Shown here: positions 57,246-64,000 of the stretch, in pieces
Numbering within the stretch: position 1 is the stretch's first letter
How the letters are laid out: each line of letters begins with the position of its first letter
Source of the DNA: Monocercomonoides exilis PA203
Taxonomy: Eukaryota; Protista; Preaxostyla
DNA: 64,000 nt
Direction: 5' to 3'
Assembly: GCA_001643675.2 (NCBI GenBank)
Contig: LSRY02000007.1
Coordinates: 372,001-436,000 of the forward strand
The notes under the pieces: generated by a model
The model's input: the letters and a program-made list of their open reading frames with translations, nothing else
Databases searched by the model: none
What the model was told of the DNA's origin: nothing
Translations under genes and position numbers: made by a program

Positions 57246-60200
57246 TCATTTGTTCATGCTTTCAATCAGCTTTCTTGCCTCTGCTGACACACTCGACTCC
57301 TCTTCCTCTGATATCTCGTTGTATCCAATCGCATCGGACATCGTCACCATCACTGTGCCAGGGGGAAAGTGCTGGATGAACTCTCTCTTCAGCACATTCA
57401 GCTCCACACGCTCGCACCCTCTCTCCGACACGCAGCTCTTCACAACTGCCTCAAATGTGTTCCCTGAAACCCCCTTCATGTCTGGCCTCTCCCCATTCAC
57501 AATCTTCTGCCCTGCCACCACTGCCTCATATTCTCCAAACGGGATCTGCAGAGTCAGGCACTCCCACAGCATCATCCCAATCGAGAATGAAACCGACTCC
57601 TTTGTTGCTCCCATCTTCTTGTTCATCTGCAGCTCTGGTGCCTTCCACCTCAAACACTCCTTCCTGTTGTCATCCTCATCCTCAAACGCAGATGAAGGTG
57701 GTGGTGAACCTCGACCATTCCTGTTGGCAGATGAGAAATCAGAGGAAGATGTGATGATGGTGGAGGCGGAGGAGATGGATGAGGAATCTGAATCATCATC
57801 TGAAGAGAAGTCGGAATGCTTGGCAATGCAGATGATCATGTGCTCTGAGAACAACACAATGTGAGGACTCAGATTGGCAAGGGAGGTCAGCTCGTCTTCT
57901 TCATTCTCAAGTGAGTGGAGTGCCCCATTCGCCACCCAGAACAACACCTGAGCAGCTGTGTGTTCTCTCTCCTTCAGAGTGCCAATCGCCATCTCCTTCT
58001 TCTCATTTCTTCCATGAAGCAGCATGAACAGCGAATCTCGCAGATCCACAATCAGCTTTTCAAACACCGATGAACAGGCAATTGCATCCACCAGATTCGA
58101 CATCGATGAGGTGGTTGGACACAAACTCTCCGATCGAACAAATGTTGAATCTGAATCAGTTGTTGAAGTGGAAGAAATTGATGGGGAAGGTGTTCTCTTT
58201 CTCGTATCCTCCTCGACCTCCTTCTCATCAACCTTTTCCAGTGCCCATTCGGGAATTTTGTCTGAGTCTCTGCCCAATATATATTCAGTCGATCCACTCT
58301 CACTCAACAAATGCTCTGATGACTCGGAATGCCCCAAGCTATTCTCATACACCCTCTTCTTTATCCTCTCTTCATTCTTCTTCTCTGCCTCTCTTTCTGC
58401 TCTCCTCCACTGCTCCTCTGGTGAAATCTCCATCGTCACCAATTCAAATGCCTTTGGATCCTTCTTCACTGTGTCATTCACAATCTCTTCCAATTCCCTT
58501 GTTCTTCTCTTTTGCTTTCTCCATCGAACAACAAACAGAATAAATCCAATGAGAACAATCAAAAACAAAACAGTCAAAGTAACAACTATAACTGGCCATA
58601 TCGATTTTTCTTTCTTTCCTCCTTCAGCAATCCTTTCATCTCCTTTTGATTCTGAAACACTCTTGTTTTTCAGAATGAATGATTCAGTTGCGGATGGAAA
58701 ATCAGCACTCCCAAGCAGAATGCACACTCTCACTTCTGCTCCCCTTGCCGCTCCTTCAATTGTTTCCACAGGAACAGACCCATGAACCTCTTCTTCTGAA
58801 ATGAAGTCTGTGTCATCAAACAAATGCTTCTCAACCACCTCTTCATCTCCTTCTGCCGCAACTGTTTCGAATGAGAGATTGCAAGGGAGGAGAAGTGATC
58901 CTCTGAACACAAGATTCGCCTTCTCCCCTGACTTTTCAGACGACACACTCTCCACCTTCGGGATGAAAAAGGGAGATGCCCTTTCTCCTGCAATCCCTTC
59001 CAATGAGCATCCTCCATCCAATATCCAAAGTGAGGAATTATCTTTCACTCCATCACCCCCCTTCAAACTCACAACATTCATTTGTGAAGAGCCTTCACAC
59101 AGGATGTTCCTTCTTGCTGAAGGATAATTCTGAATTGATGGATTGTTTCCCTCAAATTTTCCTTCAGATATCTCAACACATCCACCAAACAATGAAATCC
59201 CTCCTTTCTTCGAGTTGCAGATTGTGGTGTCTTTCATTGTCATATTGCTTGACTTCACATCCACAACCGATCCATTCCAACCACACAATGGATTATGCTC
59301 TTTGTCATTTTCTTCTTCATCTCCTCCAAAAGCATTTTTCTTCTGATGGTTAATTGGCTCATCTGTTGTTTTGCCATCAAACAAACAGGAAACAACAGAC
59401 ACATCTGAACTGTCTGAAACAGACAACTGGCCTCCTTTGTCAGCTGAAAGCAGACAATAAGAAAATGAACAATTTATCAAATTCACATTTGATTTGTCTC
59501 TCTCAATTCTCACAACACTTTTGTTGTTATTGTTGTTCTCACTTGATGAAATATTCTCAAAAACTGCTGCAGATATTCTGAGATTTCCTTCACCTTCATC
59601 ATTATTTCTTCCATTTCCATTCATATTCAGCTCTTCTTTGTTCGTTGAGATCAGACAGCCATTGTTCAATGAGATGTTGGAACAGTTCATTTTTTCAATC
59701 GAGACAGTTGCACTCAGCCCAATTGCCACAACATCAGCTGTCGATGTGAGAGAATCCAGAGTCATTTGGGAAAGCACAATTTCTGATTCATCTGAAAACA
59801 AAAGCAAGGGTTTTGCAAAAGACAGCCAGCTGAATGATGTCTCACTCATCTTCAGAACTCCTCCCCAAACAGACACCACATGTGAATCCAGCTCCAACGA
59901 GGCATTGGCTGCTGTGAATGTGCACTGAGACACTTCCAACGATCCATATGATTCAGCGAATACTGCTGAGTGTGCTGCCTCAAACGAAGAGGCAAATGAT
60001 ATCAGGCAGTTGCGAACTGTGCAATCCTCCTCAAACAGAACCACACTCTGGGCACTTCCTGTGTGTGGAATGGTTGCACTCAGCTGGATTGTTGCCTGCT
60101 GCTTTGTTGAAGGCAGGATGGACAGCCCATGCACAGTTGTCTCTGTGAGGAAGGTAGATGAGGTGTTGATGAAAATGATGTTAACAAGTCCTGGCTGGAT

Positions 60201-63200
60201 GTGGTGAACAGCAGATGAGATGCTCTGGCAGGGGTTTGTTGGCAATCCACACTGGCGAGTGTCTGCCGAATCGAGACACACAAAGATCTGGGGTGCATAC
60301 AAGAAGGTGATCAAGGGGATCAAATCCACATCCTGCTCGTCAGCATCACTCGCACAGATGGACTTGTTCGATTGGAGCGACTCCTGGGTGAAGTCGAGGG
60401 CAAAGAGTGTTTCGTTGATCTGCTGCTCGATCGACTGGCAGTTGATGAATATATCCTTCCCCACCAGTGCATCATTCATTGTGAATCGGATCTCTGAAAT
60501 CTTCAGCGGGAGAAAAGATGGGCCATCTGTTGCTGGTGTTGGTGAAGGTGCTGGTGATGAGGGATCCACACAATCAAACATCATTCCTCCTCCTCTCCCA
60601 ACCACAGTCGAGCACCTGCAGAGTGTGAATGAGCATTGCCTCACCTCCACCGATGATTCCTCGATCTTCACACACATCATCAGTGCCCCTCCCCTTTCAC
60701 TCGCCTCGCACACACACCGGCTGAATGTGCACTTCTCAACAACACTCTCCACAGCATCGAACACTCCGAGGCAAAGAATGGTTGCACTGTCACCAGAGCA
60801 TGTGTTGTTGGCAAATGAGGATGACTGGATTTGGAGTGAGCAACAAGGCTTGTCTGGCACTTCGTTGTGAGCAGATGAATTCACAGGCAGATGAGATGGT
60901 GTTCTTTCGAATGACACAAGAGAGCACGAAGATGTCGAGATATTCGAGACTGTCATGTTGGAAAGGGTGATTGACTGAGAAGGAAGTGAAACAAGGAGAA
61001 ATGGGTGAGTGGTTGAGAACGAGGACAGTGAACAGTTATCAATCAACAAGCTTCCCTCTGAAACACTCAACAAAGTGAATGAAACAGATTCACTTGAACT
61101 TTGAGGGGTGAAAGAGCAGTGCTTCATTTGGAGAAGCGATGAGGAAGTTGAGGATCTGATGAATGTTCTGTGGTGAGCAAATGCTGTTGGGATGTGGAAG
61201 GAGAGAACCTCAAATGAAAGATGGATGGTAGAATGGATCATCCATTCTTCACTTCCAACAGGATCATCACCCACACCAATCCCTGACTCATTGTCTTTCC
61301 CAATGAATTTCATTGAGATTTGTTCTGATTCAACAGAAGATGAAAGGGAAAGGGATGAGGTGAGTGAGGAAATGTGAGACACTGAGATGGACTGTTCATC
61401 TTCATCATCATCAGAAGAAGAACTTCCAGGGAGTGGGGTGAATTTGAGGGAGATGAGATGGGAGATAGATCTGCATGGAGCAACAGCATATCCACATCCA
61501 CTGAAGTCTCCTCCTTCCTCCCCATCGACAAACCCACTCCTGCTGAAGTTGCTCCACAGATACACCACAAGCGGAATCACAAACCCAACCCCTGTGCTGC
61601 TTCTCTCCCACCCACACAGCTCATCCATCGATGACTTTTCCTTCTCACTCATCTCCCAGCTGAAATGCGCGGAATCCACAACCTCATCCAGAGAGCTTCC
61701 ATTCACAAACACATTCTTCCCTTTCCAGGCACAGCACCCCACAAACCTCATATCCAGGAGAACAAATTGAGTTGCTTCATCCTCCAATGACAGAAAAATT
61801 CCTCCTCCCAAACCATCCTCTTCTCCTTCTTCTCTTTTTCCTGCACAGCACCCTTCAAACTTCGATGATCCATTCACAATCATTTCATCATTGCCTCTCA
61901 GACACACATGCAACCCTCCCCCTTTTGCTCTGCTTCCCTTTGCCCAACATCCATTCAATGTGCAGTTGTCAATTGTCAGTTGTTTCTTTTCTGACTCATG
62001 GGCACTTGACTCATCCACAGCACAAACACAAACATAAGCTCCATCTCCATTCTCTTTTGTGATTCCCTCAAAAACACACTCAACACAATTCACAGCAAAA
62101 CTGCTCCCCTTCCCTTCAATGAACGAATGTGATGAAAACACCATTTCTCCTTTTGTCTCAAACATTTCCATCTTCAACTCCCCTCCAACCACACTCGCAA
62201 AGCAGAATCCAATCACACTCCCTGACTCAGATATTGAATTCATTGATGAACAGTTCGAAAGAGTGAGAGAGGAAGTTGAAGTGGAGAGTGTGATGAAAGA
62301 GTGGGCATCTGAGAGAGAAGAAGGAAGGGAGAAGCAGACGTTGTATATTGAGCACTCTGTGGAAACACTCACCAGCCATTGGTTGGAGAGCTCTGTTTGT
62401 GGTGCATGCACATCAACAACCATTCCCTTTTCCTCACATGAGATGTTCCAAACTGGTCCATCCATAATCATCTCCTCGTCCAGCTCATATCCCTCTCCAA
62501 CAACAATCTGCCTTTGTGATGAACCAAATCTGAGCTGAGCTGCATGAATTATTGTCTGACATGGGAAATTGCCGAATCCACAAAAATTCGAATCAAAAAC
62601 CCAGTTTCCTTCAGTTCCTCCAACATGGGCTGGTGATTGGAATGACTCCAAAAATACATTCAATGGAAACATTCCCATCTCACTCAGACTTCTATCAAAA
62701 CCCATCAACTCTTCATATCCCAGCTCATTCAGTGAAACACAAATCTTCTCCAAATTGATTGTCTCACCATTCATGTTGCTCCCATTCACAAAGATATCTC
62801 TCCCTCCCTCTCCTGCCTCACAACCCACAAAACTCACTGATGAAATCACAAAGTCTGCTGCCCTATCCCCCAGCCAAAGATACAATCCTCCTCCACACTT
62901 GCTGCATGAACACGAGTTGAGTGTGGTTGGAAACGAGGAAGATCCCATTCTGAAGGTGCATGTGGATGATGTCATGTCAATCCTGATCCCTCCTCCACTC
63001 CCACTCGAACACTCACAGTTCTCGATTGTCGTGTTCCACAGACAAAATGACTCTCCCTCACTGATTGTCTTTGGCATCACTGCTCCATCCCCTTCTGTTT
63101 TTGTCACATGTGAAAAGTTGGAATTTGCAACAAAGGATTCATCACTGTTTGGAAGAGAAGAAGATGAAGACAACAACAACGAGGCAGAAGAAGTTTCTTG

Positions 63201-64000
63201 AAAGAGACTGGCCTTGGACAATACATTCTCGACAATGCAGTCAGTCATTCGAAAGTTGGCAAAATTCACCTCAAACAAACTGTTCAAATATTCTTTTGAG
63301 GGGAGGCCTTCCTGATTCAATGGTGTGCTGATGACAAGCTCTTGAAGAAATAACTGAGAATTTGAGGAGCTCAGTCGGAACAGTCTTGAACTTTCATGTG
63401 AGTCAAACACAATGCTCAAAGATGATAGTTTGCATATCCCATCATCCACACTCAGAAACACTTTGTCTGCTCCAACACGAACTGGACTCAGTTGAGTCAG
63501 ATCCTTTCCTCTTCCTTGAATAGAAATTCTCTTCCCAAACACAACATATCCATTTGATTCGACCATTTCATAAGTTCCCTCTATAAGCATGATTCTGCAT
63601 CTGCTCTTTGTTAATTCATTTTCAAGTGTGAATTTCAATGAGCTGCAGCCATCCTCAGCTGTCAGCCCACAGAGCGCATTGTTGTTTCCTCCATCTGGAA
63701 TGACATATCTCACAAGAAATCCATTTGGCAGCCAACCATCTTTAGTTCCTTGTGAGGAGCTCACACATCTGCTCTCTCCAGCTGTTAAGGAATAACATTC
63801 AACAAATGGACTTTCTTTTATCTTTTCATCAAGATCGTTCAAATAAACATCTGATGCCTGCGAGGCAGAATTATTGAAAAAGAAGCAATAGAAACAAAAC
63901 TTTGAATTCATTTCAAGTGGGCTGACATATATAAAAATACCTCCTCCATGTGAAGTATTCGCAGAACAATTCTGAAAGACACATTCGCTCATGATGAAGA
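57246..64000 (-). CDS. Large type-I membrane receptor-like protein: Cys-rich beta-helix-like repeats, one TM, degenerate tyrosine-kinase-like C-lobe; 5' end beyond the window
   Basis: >2,248-aa stop-free ORF, open to the window edge; repeated GGG(I/L)..FxGCxA..GxD(I/V)F and DxxxCG...PCx(S/T)I units; TM IWPVIVVTLTVLFLIVLIGFILFVV followed by RWRKQKRR; RWKAPE..FSIGMMLWECLTLQIPF..IVNGERP. Confidence 0.88.
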   Translation of the reverse strand, partial: FIMSECVFQNCSANTSHGGGIFIYVSPLEMNSKFCFYCFFFNNSASQASDVYLNDLDEKIKESPFVECYSLTAGESRCVSSSQGTKDGWLPNGFLVRYVIPDGGNNNALCGLTAEDGCSSLKFTLENELTKSRCRIMLIEGTYEMVESNGYVVFGKRISIQGRGKDLTQLSPVRVGADKVFLSVDDGICKLSSLSIVFDSHESSRLFRLSSSNSQLFLQELVISTPLNQEGLPSKEYLNSLFEVNFANFRMTDCIVENVLSKASLFQETSSASLLLSSSSSLPNSDESFVANSNFSHVTKTEGDGAVMPKTISEGESFCLWNTTIENCECSSGSGGGIRIDMTSSTCTFRMGSSSFPTTLNSCSCSKCGGGLYLWLGDRAADFVISSVSFVGCEAGEGGRDIFVNGSNMNGETINLEKICVSLNELGYEELMGFDRSLSEMGMFPLNVFLESFQSPAHVGGTEGNWVFDSNFCGFGNFPCQTIIHAAQLRFGSSQRQIVVGEGYELDEEMIMDGPVWNISCEEKGMVVDVHAPQTELSNQWLVSVSTECSIYNVCFSLPSSLSDAHSFITLSTSTSSLTLSNCSSMNSISESGSVIGFCFASVVGGELKMEMFETKGEMVFSSHSFIEGKGSSFAVNCVECVFEGITKENGDGAYVCVCAVDESSAHESEKKQLTIDNCTLNGCWAKGSRAKGGGLHVCLRGNDEMIVNGSSKFEGCCAGKREEGEEDGLGGGIFLSLEDEATQFVLLDMRFVGCCAWKGKNVFVNGSSLDEVVDSAHFSWEMSEKEKSSMDELCGWERSSTGVGFVIPLVVYLWSNFSRSGFVDGEEGGDFSGCGYAVAPCRSISHLISLKFTPLPGSSSSDDDEDEQSISVSHISSLTSSLSLSSSVESEQISMKFIGKDNESGIGVGDDPVGSEEWMIHSTIHLSFEVLSFHIPTAFAHHRTFIRSSTSSSLLQMKHCSFTPQSSSESVSFTLLSVSEGSLLIDNCSLSSFSTTHPFLLVSLPSQSITLSNMTVSNISTSSCSLVSFERTPSHLPVNSSAHNEVPDKPCCSLQIQSSSFANNTCSGDSATILCLGVFDAVESVVEKCTFSRCVCEASERGGALMMCVKIEESSVEVRQCSFTLCRCSTVVGRGGGMMFDCVDPSSPAPSPTPATDGPSFLPLKISEIRFTMNDALVGKDIFINCQSIEQQINETLFALDFTQESLQSNKSICASDADEQDVDLIPLITFLYAPQIFVCLDSADTRQCGLPTNPCQSISSAVHHIQPGLVNIIFINTSSTFLTETTVHGLSILPSTKQQATIQLSATIPHTGSAQSVVLFEEDCTVRNCLISFASSFEAAHSAVFAESYGSLEVSQCTFTAANASLELDSHVVSVWGGVLKMSETSFSWLSFAKPLLLFSDESEIVLSQMTLDSLTSTADVVAIGLSATVSIEKMNCSNISLNNGCLISTNKEELNMNGNGRNNDEGEGNLRISAAVFENISSSENNNNNKSVVRIERDKSNVNLINCSFSYCLLSADKGGQLSVSDSSDVSVVSCLFDGKTTDEPINHQKKNAFGGDEEENDKEHNPLCGWNGSVVDVKSSNMTMKDTTICNSKKGGISLFGGCVEISEGKFEGNNPSIQNYPSARRNILCEGSSQMNVVSLKGGDGVKDNSSLWILDGGCSLEGIAGERASPFFIPKVESVSSEKSGEKANLVFRGSLLLPCNLSFETVAAEGDEEVVEKHLFDDTDFISEEEVHGSVPVETIEGAARGAEVRVCILLGSADFPSATESFILKNKSVSESKGDERIAEGGKKEKSIWPVIVVTLTVLFLIVLIGFILFVVRWRKQKRRTRELEEIVNDTVKKDPKAFELVTMEISPEEQWRRAEREAEKKNEERIKKRVYENSLGHSESSEHLLSESGSTEYILGRDSDKIPEWALEKVDEKEVEEDTRKRTPSPSISSTSTTDSDSTFVRSESLCPTTSSMSNLVDAIACSSVFEKLIVDLRDSLFMLLHGRNEKKEMAIGTLKEREHTAAQVLFWVANGALHSLENEEDELTSLANLSPHIVLFSEHMIICIAKHSDFSSDDDSDSSSISSASTIITSSSDFSSANRNGRGSPPPSSAFEDEDDNRKECLRWKAPELQMNKKMGATKESVSFSIGMMLWECLTLQIPFGEYEAVVAGQKIVNGERPDMKGVSGNTFEAVVKSCVSERGCERVELNVLKREFIQHFPPGTVMVTMSDAIGYNEISEEEESSVSAEARKLIESMNK

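Noticed and set aside
1-64000. Alternative genetic code (TAA/TAG = Gln, as in some oxymonads and diplomonads) or prokaryotic origin
   Set aside because: Conserved genes end at TAA or TAG at the expected C-termini (FAN1, SF3B1, AMMECR1) with no in-frame TAR in long exons; spliceosomal introns and eukaryote-specific genes occur throughout.

Overview
Eukaryotic, AT-rich, intron-containing genomic DNA using the standard genetic code. Gene style (huge Ser- and Glu/Lys-rich insertions, beta-helix surface proteins ending in a tyrosine-kinase-like pseudokinase) strongly suggests the oxymonad Monocercomonoides or a close relative; this is inference. Manually spliced genes, in order: 5' part of a beta-helix surface-family gene (-), FAN1, intronless Hsp101/ClpB (-), FAM166/CIMIP2-like ciliary protein (-), a ~4,690-aa UBR1/2/3-type E3 ligase, SF3B1, a PP2C phosphatase, AMMECR1 (-, missed by the ORF track), ERGIC3/Erv46 (-), a UBL-UBA-UBA protein, a YgbA-like Cys-rich protein (-), a ~1,700-aa glucosidase II beta-like protein, and a beta-helix/TM/pseudokinase receptor (-) running off the window. 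The gene-poor stretch at ~10.3-18.8 kb is a transposon graveyard: a dead pogo/Tigger transposase with a nested insertion, two families of fold-back MITE-like elements, a surface-gene fragment and simple repeats. Best leads: (1) a bacterial YgbA-like (nitrosative-stress family) protein with an added membrane anchor, a candidate lateral transfer; (2) a divergent splicing signature: SF3B1 naturally substituted at human cancer-hotspot positions, donors almost always +4U, and three GC-AG introns among 35 modelled; (3) a giant glucosidase II beta with a split, apparently non-binding MRH domain; (4) the receptor-pseudokinase family. No database search was possible; all family calls rest on recalled motifs.
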